Shown here piece by piece: positions 25,166 to 38,404 of a stretch of 64,000 nt of DNA. Source of the stretch: Tubulanus polymorphus (taxonomy: Eukaryota > Animalia > Nemertea); NCBI RefSeq assembly GCF_964204645.1, contig NC_134030.1, positions 12,855,947-12,919,946 on the forward strand, given 5' to 3'. The translations under genes were made by a program, and so were the position numbers. The stretch's first letter is position 1. Every line of letters begins with the position of its first letter. The notes beneath the pieces are model-generated. The model saw nothing but the letters and a program-made list of their open reading frames with translations. It searched no databases and had not been told where the DNA came from.

Positions 25166-27543
25166 AGGTCATTGGCTCATTTAATTTTGCAAATTTCTGT
25201 TTCAAATTGTTAATATAATCCTATTAACCTAAAAAAACATTTCTCATCAGAATTCTACCGAGTTATTATGGTGACGCGCCTATATAAATGTTTAAGACCA
25301 CGATGTTTGTCAGTAAAATGTTTATTGATCTCATTCGCACAAAAGGCGTCTGCTGCAGATACTGCTACACATTCGTCGAGGCACGTTTTATTTAGATCGC
25401 TCCTCGTATTCTAGCTACAGAATACCCGCTAAACAGCAGATTTATTTGGACTGCGATTCGACCCAGTCCGAAATTATGACCATTTATTATTACACAGTTT
25501 TAGCAGAGTGAATTTAAGCGAACTTCGGTTATCGCAGTCAGTCGAATTTAAAGATCAAGTAGCGCTTAATTATAGTTTTTATTTTGAACGATAAATTATG
25601 TTGCGTACATACATAATAATCATTCTAGAGAATTTTAGCTGTAATGAGTGATGGATTTCTGAAATATTAATGATTGAAAATTGTATATTTGAAGGAATTT
25701 TTACATCGCGTAGTTCATCTGATACCCATGAAGATGGCGCTGATGATGATGCAATAGGGTCTACACGCTGTATTCACATCAGCGCGAACTCCTAGCTACA
25801 TAAGATATTTATGGTAGCACAAGTCTTAGTTATCCCTGTTTGTCTTACATGACCTGCTTTTTGTGTAAAGTACAAACATGCAGTGCGCGCACGTTACGAC
25901 CGAACTAAGTGCGTACGGTTATTAGTTACGACCACTAGTCGAATGAAAACCTAAGTTCGCATAGAATGGTTAGATTAATTGATAATTTTCACAATAAAAG
26001 TTATTTCTTTACTTGTCGTTCGGTAAGCTTGCTGTAAATCTAATTTCCCAACCAGTGATTTGATCTGAAGATTGTCGATGATAAACGATTTTTACACTTG
26101 ACATCAGTTTTTTCAATCGGAGATGCTGCCAATATTTTATCCACGACCAAATGTCAATTTAGGGATTCAAAATATAAATCGAAAACAACAATTTTCATTA
26201 TCTTGTGTTATACACTTAAATCTGATACCATTCGGTTTCAAGTATATATTTGAATTGACTCATTGGTCTGGCAGTTGATGTTTTCCGGAACCAGTCTGTT
26301 TCGTAAACCGAACTATATATGTATAATCCGGCGTTTCGGGGTTTAGCGGTTATCCATTAAAATACAGCAATAAAGTCTATTCACAACGAGTTGACGTGCG
26401 GCTTTTTGACCACAGGGGTATCAGTTTACAGTAGTGAACTGTGTTGCAGGGGTGCATGCTGAGCCAGTTAAGTGGCTTGTTGCTATGGTTTTGTACACAA
26501 ATTCAGCAAGAGTGAATAACTAGCAAGATTTCACAAGACATGCAGTCTTAGGAATATAGAAGAATTTAAGTTTATCTTGTTGTTTTATACACTCTTATTG
26601 AATGTTGACGTAGAGTTGATGGATGGCAAGGCCTGGCAGTGATCCAGATAAAATAGTTGCAGTTGTTAGAAAGGAGAGAATTTTCGAGGATTTTGCTCAT
26701 TTCACAGAATATTCAACGAAAGAAGATATATCTGGGTTTAACACATGTCAAGTCACATATTTTTGTAACATATTTTCACAGAGCTCTAGGCATTTAGACA
26801 ACTGATATTTTCGTGGTTTTCACTCATAGAGAAATGGCACTATATTATATCTAGATAATAAGATGGCACAGATTGAACTCCAATCTATCCAGTCATTCTC
26901 TTTTGCGGATGCATCCATATTATATAGTTTGAATCTGATTCAGACGAAGAATCATCGCTGGTATTTATAATGAATTCGTCAACCAAATCATTTGCATTTT
27001 AAACTGACTTGTGTAATATTAAAGAACCGAGTGGTTGGAGATGCAAGTTATGTGTGTGTGTAGTTATGCACTCTTGGTGGACGCTGGGCTGCAGTGGGTC
27101 GGCACATCTGTGATGGATCATTTGTGTAGCAGCTATCTGACAGCTCACAGCAGTAGCTGCTCTTTGATGTGGAGAAAAAGCCGCACGTCAACTCGTTGTG
27201 AACAGACTTTACATAAATAACACTGTTCAATGTTCATAAGATCATCCTCTATAGCTATACAATGATGCCGTTTTAGAAATTATGATATCAAATAGAGATA
27301 CAGTCGATTAAAAGATGTGAGCTATGTTATCAACGCGTTATTTGCGATGTTGAGCGAATCAAATGGCGTCATGAATCGCCGCTTCAAACAGTAGACCAGA
27401 TGTTATGCGTTGGAAGCAACGCTGATCAAATCCTGTAATGTATTATTTTCTATTCTTCACTAAAGCAGAATTCAAGCATTAGCGTAATGACTTCGTCCAT
27501 CTATTAACTGTTGATTTTTTTTCTATGTATGAGCTAATGACCT
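25166..27543. mobile_element. Non-autonomous Kolobok-type DNA element
   Basis: TTAA on both sides (25162-25165, 27544-27547); 15-bp TIR AGGTCATTGGCTCAT / ATGAGCTAATGACCT with 1 mismatch. Confidence 0.7.
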
Positions 27544-28178
27544 TTAAGATTTTTTCAAACTGGTATATACGGAGGCTCATTCGCTCATGTGTTTCTCTAA
27601 TCCATTAAGTGTGAAAAACGACGAGTATGCCACCTAGCTTTAATACGTAAATGACGCGTTCGAGACTGACTAAGAGACGTTCACGATAACTAACATCATA
27701 TCAAATTACTGAGTTGTAGGTTTAAATTATCGAATTCCGGGTTTGATTAGCGCTAACCTCGAATATCTCCGTCGCCCATATATTACTACACATTTTAGTA
27801 TCTAAAGCCGTAGGTAAATCTGAAGCCGTAGGTAAATGTTCATCGATTGGCCTCACTCGCCTCAAGATGTAGAGGGAAGAGAACAAACGCTTATGGTGAA
27901 TTCATTTGAATTCAAATCACACGTGTTCAATACGCGCTGATTTAATGATGGCTTGGCGACATGTTCCATCCAGCCATCATTGAGCCATTGAAAGGGCAAG
28001 ACTTTTCACCGGCTCTTTGAAATCGTCCCAAAATTGCGAGATATAATCAGCCAATTTTTGACGATTACTTTTTTGGTACATTTAATTTAATTAACCCAGG
28101 CATCAACACAATTGATATCCGAAACGTGAGCTCTACGGGTGGGCATACAATCTTACATGTGCATTTAATATGTTATAC

Positions 28179-28245
28179 CCGAAATTCTTCATGTGATGGC
28201 AATTCCCTTGACTTCGAATATGTTCTGACTTTCTCTGCTGTTATG
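28179..28245 (-). CDS. Candidate alternative PDE9 exon 8b (ITAEKVRTYSKSRELPSHEEFR)
   Basis: Strong pyrimidine tract ..CTCTTTTGCTTAG, donor CGG/GTATAA, same phases (2 then 0) as exon 8, open frame; homology to exon 8 is weak. Confidence 0.35.
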
Positions 28246-29202
28246 CTAAGCAAAAGAGTATACGAGAAAATGAAAACTTAAGATATAGAACAAATGCCTC
28301 TCCTTTTTGGATCAAGAACAGCATCCAAAAATATAAGGTTCGTATATAGGTCGTATATGATTTTTTTCAACGAAGGAGACATTCAGTGGTTACGAAAAAC
28401 ATAAAACATCAGACAATCAAGGCAAAATTCGGTTTTCGTATCTAGTCGACTAGCGGCCAGAACTAATAACCGAATGCGCTTAATTTTCGAACTATTTCCA
28501 GAATATAGTTCCGACTAATTAGCATTCGGTTTCACTAGTTCAACCATAGTCGACTAACGCCGATAACCGAAGTTGGCCCAAGTGGTATGCAGGTACAAAT
28601 ATGCAGCCATAAATCATCCATTTCTGACTTTGTAATCTTTATTCGAGTGATTAAACAAGTGAGGATCTGAGCATAGAATTGGCCTGGAGATAAACAATTG
28701 GAAGATTGCGATTTACAATTATCGAATGCCTAAAAGAATTGGTCAAGGCTGTAGATTAATACGCATTACAATACTTACATAGATGATGAATTCAGCAGCG
28801 TCGGCTTGACGCCTGAATGTACCACCTGCACAGAACATTACCCACGTAGAACACGTATTTAAAGCAAAGGATGCACTTATGCAATTTGTATTCTTCTGGT
28901 TGGCACTTGCAAATGTGTCGCCAGTTATACGCCCACAAAATGGAGAATATACAAACAATATACAATCGAATTTTTTCATTCCATTATACCAGTGCATCTC
29001 AAACATTGATTGTTGTGCTATGATAATCGTACCAGGAGTTTGTGGACAGAAATTATTTGAGAAAAGATATTTGTTCTAGAAGATAAGAGTGGCGCTAGTC
29101 CAACATATGGAATTATAGCACATGCGTAAAGAAACACTGCATAATTTTCTCAATTAACCTGTTCTCCTCTGTATATATACCCCTGTTTCTAGTCAATATC
29201 TC

Positions 29203-29244
29203 ACACCTGACGATGATCTCTAGGGTGAGATCGAAACGTCGTGT
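29203..29244 (+). ncRNA. Minimal type I hammerhead ribozyme, Penelope-like element type
   Basis: ACAC-CTGACGAT-GATCTC(TAGGGT)GAGATC-GAAAC-GTC-GTGT: complete core, 6-bp stem II, palindromic minimal stem III, 4-bp stem I; TATA-like GTATATATAC ~25 nt upstream. Confidence 0.8.
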
Positions 29245-31265
29245 ATTTTATATTTTAGATTGTTCGAAGAAACAAATTCTCGATTTTAAAATTCTTTTAA
29301 TTTGTACATAGTGGGTCCGGTTTTTATCTTATGAAGTTACACTACGTTCTTCGGTCAGTGTCAATAGTACATGATCGTCGACAGCTGACCTACAGTATTG
29401 TAGTTATTTCGTCTGAATTTTACTGTGATTAATGAATTTTGTTCATAATTCAGGGGCGGATTTAGGGGGTGATTTCGGTAGTCGGGGACCCTGCCTTCAT
29501 ATTAAAGTTGCCAAATTAAGTTAAACCTGCAAATTTTTGCCTTTGGATATTGCAACCTTTCGCATATATTTCATCGAAGATATCTAATAAAAGGGCTTTG
29601 GCCCATTAGTGGCTTCAACATGGCTGCTTCATCCAAGAAATGCGTTCTTTTCTTTAGACCTATTTGACCTAGCTATTCCTATTCTTAAGACTCGCTCCTG
29701 TAATTTTCATTTTTCCTCATGAGTCCAATGTTCAGATTACTAGCAAGTGGCGTATCGCCACGTATGTTCAAAGTTTAGTTCTCCTTTGATGAACAATAGA
29801 GCTAATACAAGACATTCAAGATATCCGCTGTGAGGGCCGTATTAGATGAGCGAGAAGATTTTCAATAGGAGCAATTCATGGACATAGTTTAGAGCGTTTA
29901 CGAGAAATTCAAGACGTCTGCTATGGCGGCCATTTTGGATTGATAGGTTACATCCATGAGCCTACCCCATTACACAAATCATGTTTGTAAGAACTGGCAT
30001 GTTATTTGATGAGTGTATAGCGCTAACAAGAAATTCAGGATGCCCACCAAGGCGGCGATATTGGACGAGTGAGAAAGCCAATAGGATTCATCCCTGGACC
30101 TACCTCATTATAGCTACCAACTTTCAAGAAAATCACACGTTATTTGAAGTGTGTGGAGCGCTAACAAGGGAAAAGCACGCGCCGGAGCTGACATAATTAA
30201 AAGGTAGATGATTGGATTTTCGCGTGAATTTGAGCATATTACATGCGACTAGTAAGTTTGACAGCATATCTATGCCATTAGAAAAGGAGAATAACTGTAC
30301 GTACTTGGTCCACTGAACCATTAGAATAAATTTCCTCATTTGGACCTGTGAATATCTTGCAAATTCCGGAGTTCGAACCTGCCCTCGCATTCATTTCACA
30401 CTTAAATGATTTGATGGATGCAGGTTGTTTTGGTCAAAATGGGAGAAAAGAAGGCGATTAATGACTTATATATCCATGAACAATGAAACTAACATGGACA
30501 AACTTGACTACCGGTACATAGTTATTCATCCTGAAAAGAAAATGTTTGTTCTAACTAAGGACGGTATATATTTTTCTTCGGCTCCAAGTTCAAGATGGCA
30601 TACTGAAATGAAGTAAAATCCCTGGCGAAAAATAAACACGTAGTAATAGCAGTAATCCTTAATGAGAGACGTGTACGGTATGTTCGATTAAATACGACCG
30701 AAGGATACGGACATCTTGTTAGCACCTTTTAGACAGAAAATACATTCATCATGGGCAGCGATAGATCGCTTGTCAATGTGATAGAATCGCATGGAGCATC
30801 CTTTACTTGAGTGCAAAACGATATCTATTATTCCCAGTGTCCATAATCGACGGTAGCAATCATAGTTGACAGTGCCAACAAAAATGATCATCGGAAAGCC
30901 AGAATGCCTTCGTTGCAATCATAATTGCGCGCAGTCGTGCAATAGGTATGATAATTTAGTTGAACATTGTTGATCCTAACCCACTTATAGACACTGAGCA
31001 ATACTGCTGCAGACATATTCATATTGTCTGATATTGGTATTACGCCATTTCTTCAGTGGGGTATAAACATTTAGCATAAACGGGTGGAGGAAAGATCTGA
31101 TTACCGTGTAAAAGCATTTGATTTTCCAAATAAGAAAAACAATACTGGTACATACATGTTGTATTTTGTACATACATAAATTTGATCTTTCTTGTCGGCT
31201 TTCAAAAGGTAATTTTGGGAACAGCAAAAACAGCACAGTAAGTATACATTAACCACTCCGTTTAC

Positions 31266-31323
31266 CTTTGGATACATGGGTATATCCTTTTTCAGTGTAA
31301 TCTTGTTATTTTCATTGATAAAA
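31266..31323 (-). CDS. PDE9A: PDE9 exon 8 (FINENNKITLKKDIPMYPK)
   Basis: TAG/GTAAA, 58 nt; aligns with vertebrate FLDNHKKLTPRRDVPTYPK; phases fit exons 7 and 9. Confidence 0.85.
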
Positions 31324-34300
31324 CTATTGGAAAAGAGTCAGTATGTCCACATGAAACAATTTTCTTGAGCATCATCTTAGATTGTGATTTATCATTAGCA
31401 GCAAGTTAATGTGATGATCATTATGTATTCATATTTTTCATGTTTAATGATGATAATAATCATATTAAATCATTTATATTTTAATTAGTGCGTGAACTTG
31501 ATTAATTACACCAATCAGTTTTTTCGGATTAAAAAAATGCAACAAACAATCAACGTTAACCATCTTTTTATTAACCGGAGCTGATTAGACTGATTATCTT
31601 CTTGTACATTCCAGCGGAATCTTGATTTAAACTATTAGTCTAAGCAAATGCTCTCGGTCTGGGCGCTAATCCAGATCAGCGATTAACAAACGACTCAAAC
31701 TTTGTACTCCTATTGCTTCAACTAGTCTATACTATCAAACGTGCAACTATCATCTCAACCTTGAGATGAGCGACATTCAAGCAATTGCAATCTTGTGCTC
31801 ACATTGAGTCATCCATTGAGAGACTATTTCAAGAACAACCGAAAAACCTCTCGCCCAAACAACAAAGTAGCAGATGAACCCGGAACTTCCTCAACATAGC
31901 AGTTGTCACGCAAATTAGCGTAATCAAACCAATGGCATGACAATGCAGACAATGCATTGCATACATTTTTAAAATCTCATGGCTAAAAATGATATCTTGT
32001 TTCTCCGCATCGGCTGGGTTGGCAAAAATCATACAGAAAGTTTGTAAAAGAAAAATCCCGGCGGCCGGGTCCGACTTCGAATTTAATCATAAATAAATAT
32101 AGCCTACCAGGTGTAAATGAATCTCAATTTGAACTAATATTTATATGACTTATTGCACACGAATCAAAAGGAAATTCAAAGAATCGACACGCGCACACGC
32201 GTGTTACGGAAGGAGTTCAGTGTTGGGGTTTCTTGTCTTTGACAATGTAGAACCATATTGACCATTCGCTTGTTACTCTTGTCTTTACTTGCCTTTCAAT
32301 ATCCAAATTTGGAAAATCGATTTTAACTAGAAAAATTAATTTTTGATAAAAATGAAATCCCGACTGCCTGGTGCAGAATTTCAACAAATTTGTGTTTTTT
32401 TCAACCAGAAATAGTAATGATTAAAAACACCTGTCTGCTTGGTCACTTTGGTGGGTAGAAAAGGAGAACCAAGGTATCATTTTTAGCCTTGTAAATTGTT
32501 TTTGAGAAAACAGATGTTCGCGATCGCAAGGCCTGCCTTTTCTTTAATTACTTGGAGTACGGGTCTTCCGCCTTAAATTCTTCCACATGATAACACTGAA
32601 TTATTGGGTTTTTATCAATATTTGCCTCTCTGTTTTCGATCTCATGATTCGTAAAAATTGGTTTCGTCATTCACCTATCATTTCAATACAATCAATTTGT
32701 GCTTTGAATCTAATTTTCCAAGCGAGAGCAAATGGTTTCACTAAGAATAGCGGCCATTTATTATAGGACAACTGCGTTTTAATCGTTTTATTTTGGCAGT
32801 CTTCCTAGATTGTATGAGGAACATACTCCGATCAAAAATATATATTTTTCATTCGTGTATGTTTCAACTTACTTGCGTGCATAGAATCGTAAGTTTAAGG
32901 TAGGTAAACCTTTTCTAACATAAAGCGCTATGATCATTTCAGTTATGGACTATATAAGCAAATGAGTTGTCGTTATTATCATTATCATTATTATCATTAT
33001 TATGTATTTTGAATTTGAGATTCATTTCGAGGTTAATGAAAAAAGATTGAGAGTGTAAAACTGTCTTAGAATCTGTTCATTGGTCCTCAGAATTTCTTTG
33101 AAAGAAACGGCACCATTTGATAAACGATGTTATATGTAAATATGATGTATTCTATCTTTGAAACCGATCCGTTCAAAATATTTCAATTTCCGAGCAATTC
33201 ATGATTTTGTCGCGCATTTTTTCCTCAATTCATTTGACTCAAATGTATCAAATCGAAGTTATAACGTTCGATGAAGCTAGCCAACATGTATATACTAACT
33301 ACTAGCTCGGGAGAAGGAGATCCTGGATACAAATAATGAATAAAACCCAATGAAACCTTCAACGATATGAACGGCATATCCTAGGGCTCCCATCTGGAAT
33401 TCAGAAGAGGCGGTAAAGCGGTTCATCAGTTAATCATCACCATTGGTCTGTTGACTTCCAAAAGCCCAAAAGCATGGGGCTTTGAATCTGTATGCGAATG
33501 CCAAAAAATCATTTTTCTACAGAAGTGCTTTCTGGGTCTTCCCAACTCACTACGTCCAAGACCCGATAAAAACCTTTTTGTCCCGCAGAATCGAGTGTTC
33601 CAAAAGACTTATTAGTCCGTTTATGGTGAAAGGTGCATTGAGTGTAGACATTCACTATAGCGCACTTGGTTGACTAATTGTGCTGAATACCGTGGTGCGA
33701 ATGATACATCCTTAACAGAGTATTCACAGTTATGATGAAAAGTCTTATCACTCGATGTATAGATCGATTTGAGTGCGTCTATATTCTTGAAAGAGTCGAC
33801 ATGATTATGATTTATAATGGAATCACTGAATGATTTGACAGACAAAATGAGTGCCACAGCGACTCTTTGTCGTTTGTTAGAATATTTCCTGAAAATCTCA
33901 TTCAGATATAAGAAATCGATTTCAATCGCAATTTATTGGTGAATAAGAAGAGATTCTTTAAAGAAATGAATCGCCTTCAAAATATGTTTGTCAGCAAAAG
34001 AAATGCATCATAAAAAAATTGAATTTCCATCGAAATACATTCCTATGCCTAAAATATTATTGCGCGCGCTGTGATTGTGCCGGCACAGTAGTGCTTATGT
34101 ACCGTATATATGAAATGTTGATCTCATATTCTATTACAGACACAACAACTTCTATCCGTTATTCTGGCCCTCTTATTTTGATCTGCGGTAGGTTCATGTA
34201 GATGGCTGCTTTCACATAACGTGAAGGGCATGGCTTTTAAACTAAGCTCTACCGAGAAAGACTTATATTGACATAGATAAGACGAAGCGGGAGGCCTGAG

Positions 34301-35481
34301 GAAGAATAAAAATCAATAACCCTACCTTTTGACCCAGCGAAATTTTGTTGTTTTGGCCAAAACGTTGGATTTTTTAATTCACTTTTTCAACGACAGCATC
34401 GCTATCTAACGTAAGGTCACAGGGGTTCGTCACGATATTTTGGTATCAAAAACCAAAGTATACCTCAGTACACTGATTCGCCTAGGGGATCCTGCGGGAG
34501 TTTTTGGTATGCAGTATTGATGCAATATTGATATTTCGGTCAAAGAATGGTAGTGCTAACTAGTGGCCTACTGGTACCGTACTGATTTATTTTTCATAAC
34601 AGAATTATTTTTACTCATGTATATATATATACATTTTGAAGGCGGAAAATAACCAAATTTGTCTTACTTCCGAATATAATTTGAAGGCGATTTAACGTTC
34701 ACAACGGAAATATTTCTATTTACGAATAGAATTCGATGGAACTTCATTTTCATATAGGAATTATTTTTGTTAGGAATATACTTCAATGGTCTTTATCGAC
34801 CACCACAGCGATGCCTTCGTTATAGATAAGATAGGATAAGATAAGATATAACTTTAGATACGATATAAGATAAGATATAACCTTATTCTCCTGACTAAAA
34901 TTGATAGTATAAGGAGGTCTAAAAAGAAGTTTTTAACCCATGCGCCACAGATTGTAATAATGCGGGACATGTATCGTTCGCACGATGTATGCGATTTCAA
35001 AATTCGCACAGTGCATTTGCTCTGTTAGAAATTACACCAAATCACCCAATCAACCAGTCAACTGCGCATATATTCTGTAGCGCGGATGATACGTCATTCG
35101 TCCCGAACTACTTAAACGATTCTACACTGGGGACCGAGGAGCTTTAGATACGCTTTGTAAATTCAACCTGCGTATTACTCGTGGAATCAATTTTCACCGA
35201 ATTTTGCGCAGTGTACCACGGATGCGAAGCGAATTTCCTAGAAAATCGATTCGCCGGAAAAATTTAATCGTAAATTTAAGAGGTGTCAATATGGGTAATA
35301 AATATTATGCGGAGGGATTTTTATGTAATTGTCTTTTATTGTGTGATTATATTTTATTGAATTATTCTATGAAAGTCTATAAATATTGCAAGACGCATTG
35401 GTCGTTCTAACGATACACACAGTATATTATAGAGTTATATTTTGCAGTACATTTCGCCGTCACGGGATTATAGCCATTCTT

Positions 35482-36053
35482 TATGGAACGCGATAAATGA
35501 AAAAAAATATATGAGCGATGCACCGACGTATGTTTATTTGCAACGTAATAGCGTCCCGACATAACAATTTATATTTGTAAAGCGACGTAATATTTGTATG
35601 CGACGACGTAAGTTTTTGTGACGACGTAAGTTATTACCGAAAATCACCACCAGGTGGCACTGCAGATGTTAATTCAATTGAATTGAATAGAATTGAATTG
35701 CAATTTTCGACGCAACGTTACCGGAAAATCCGGACTGCGTATGTGTATTTGGCGCGTCTGTATAAATCATGGAGATGGAAGATATTCTGGTTAGTTGATC
35801 TCAGCCACCTGGTTGAGAGATTCCGAGAAAAAATTTAAATCAATTCAATTTAATTCAATTCAATGAACACCTGCAGTGTTACCTGGTGGTGATTTTCGGA
35901 AATAACTTATGTCGTCGCAAAAACTTATGTCGTCACAAATGCATTAAAGTACGTCGCTGTAAAAATATAAATTTTTATATCTGGACCGCTATTACGTTGC
36001 AAAAAACATGCGCTGGTGCATCGCTCATATTATTTCATTTATCGCGTTCCATA
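35482..36053. mobile_element. Foldback MITE with ~215-bp inverted arms
   Basis: TATGGAACGCGATAAATGAAA... / ...TTTCATTTATCGCGTTCCATA; possible 5-bp TSD TTCTT. Confidence 0.8.
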
Positions 36054-36704
36054 TTCTTCCTTATCTACGGAAAATGTATACCGGCATTCGAGATGCAAGT
36101 GTATACATGGAATTACTTTGGCATTGTCGAGAAGATGTAGCTACCTCAGCTCAATTCACTTTGTTCGGCATTTGATTTACATGTAATTTTGTTCAAACGA
36201 CCTGCATATGGTTATCATTTATTCTGAATATTGTCGTTGTGGTTGTTTCTACTGATGTAATAGATACACCGTAGTACGGTAAGACAATCTTTTCGCTGTT
36301 ATACCCCATTATTACAAACTTTGAGATATGCTTTTCCTTTTGAAAGGAAATGCATGTAACCAATAACCTTACCACGATACTTTGCGTCTTTATCCACAAA
36401 AACAAGCAAACAATGAATTTAATAAATCATGCATAGTTATATGTATGCCATATTCACCCTGTATCACTAAGGCTGATCGTAAATTGAAATGTATATACAT
36501 CAGATAAGTTTTACATGATGACGTATAGTTCAGTAAAAGTTGTAACCAGTCTCACGACAAATATGTAGCGAAGGCAAAACAAACATATGCAATTAACTTC
36601 AGATACACATGTACTTTCCTCGTTCACCAAACACGGATGATAAACATTCAAGTCCAAAATTATAGTAACAAATTCAATTAGTGATGATTGTTGTATTATC
36701 TTAC

Positions 36705-36810
36705 CTGAGTCTTGTATGATCCATTACTTTGTTCGAATTGTATAATTGATCCTTTATGTCAGATATATCTTTTTTACATTTTTCGATCTCCACTGACTTT
36801 AGACCTTCTT
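36705..36810 (-). CDS. PDE9A: PDE9 exon 7 (EGLKSVEIEKCKKDISDIKDQLYNSNKVMDHTRL)
   Basis: TAG/GTAAG, 106 nt; EGLKxVEIEKCK motif of the PDE9 coiled coil. Confidence 0.93.
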
Positions 36811-36958
36811 CTAGTGAAAATAATGAAAATCATGTGTCAGTTTTTCAGTTGAATAGACATTGACCGTCAGTGTTTCACGTCTTGATATGAATAATTCATC
36901 AATATCCTTTCCTTTCATGGATAAAAAAGCAGCATCTTGTTAGGGAGAAGATATAGCT

Positions 36959-37444
36959 AGGGAGCGTCCAAAAATCACGTACCTCTAATTGAGGGAGGGG
37001 GTTTACTGAATTTTGGTACAAAGTGGTACATGGGAGGAGGGGGGTCAGCAAAAAAGTTACGTACTTTGAGGGAGGGGGTATTAATCGATCTTGGTACGTT
37101 CTTTATGCACCAAACTCAAATGAAAATAGCCGATACTGGTGTTTTATCGGCTTTTAGTGACTTGTTCAAGTGACTTGTAGTAGACATTAACTGGGAATTC
37201 CCCATACCAGGTACCGCTATCGATCCTACACGCACTTGTTGGAATCAAATATTTATATTTTTTATATTTTTGTTTTGATTTGTGTTCTTTGCATCAATAT
37301 AATTTGGGGGGGGGGGGGGGTGGTCATGGGTACCATGGTACGTACCTATGAGGGGGTCAGTGAATTTGGTACAAAGGTGGTAAAATGGGGAGGGGGTCAG
37401 AAAAACGGGAGATTTTGAGGTACGTAATTTCGGAACGCTCCCCT
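36959..37444. mobile_element. MITE, possibly PIF/Harbinger-like
   Basis: TIR AGGGAGCGTCCAAAAATCACGTACC / GGTACGTAATTTCGGAACGCTCCCCT; G-rich subterminal repeats. Confidence 0.65.
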
Positions 37445-38404
37445 ATAAGATAAGGTCCCGATGGAAGGGGGTTAAAATTTATATAGGTACTAAAAATCTT
37501 TCTTTAAATCAAATTTTTACAAAAAAATACGAAAAAATAAATACACAATGCTCTTCCGTAGAACGATATCTTGATTTACTCATTTACTAGAGGACCAATG
37601 GTCATGTGCTCTCGAGGTACAGTTTTTTTTAATAAAATCGATGAAAACATATTACATTGTTCATTCTACTACTCTTTGAATTATGCAGATCTGTCTGCTT
37701 TAACAACTGCCCTGGACACTACGGTGAGACTTGACACCTCGGACAGTGGTAAGCAGGAACAAATACGTCAGATCGATTTGTTTTGCTTTAAGCTTTAGAG
37801 TGAAATATGCCTGGTTATATGACCAAATGTCTATCACTTTTTAATAATAATTGGACCGAAAACAACTTAAATGAAAATCGATAAATAACTTTATTTCATT
37901 CAAAATAATAATTGCCCATGGGTCAAGAGGTTTTACCACAGCCTTATGAAGCGCAGATATGAGATGATAATCGAAGTTCAAAATGCCAGTAACTGATAGA
38001 GGGATGCAATTTGTAATGTACGAGTAGACCCACTGACTTTCCCGAATGTAGGAAAAAATGGCCAAGGAAAAAAGGAACAAAACAAGGAATTAAAGACCGC
38101 AACGGTACCGACCCTTGGTGCAAGGTGCCCGTACACACCAAATGATCCGCATATTAATTCACCTAGTAAAATAAATTTATCCGAACAAGTAATTGATAAA
38201 AAAATATTATTCAAAACATCTTCTTGATATTATTGTGATCAACTTCTATCACCATTCAACCCAATATAATGTGAAATAATCTGGAATACAAAGTTACCAG
38301 ATCTATTTTTGCAGCGTATTTAACCCCATTAATCGGATCTTTCGTTAATTCAATGACTAAGATAATGGTGTGCTTTGGTTCGCGGTAAACATACACGAAA
38401 CGGT

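Noticed and set aside
34326-34405. AG...GT bounded segment as an extra PDE9 exon
   Set aside because: Stops in all three frames
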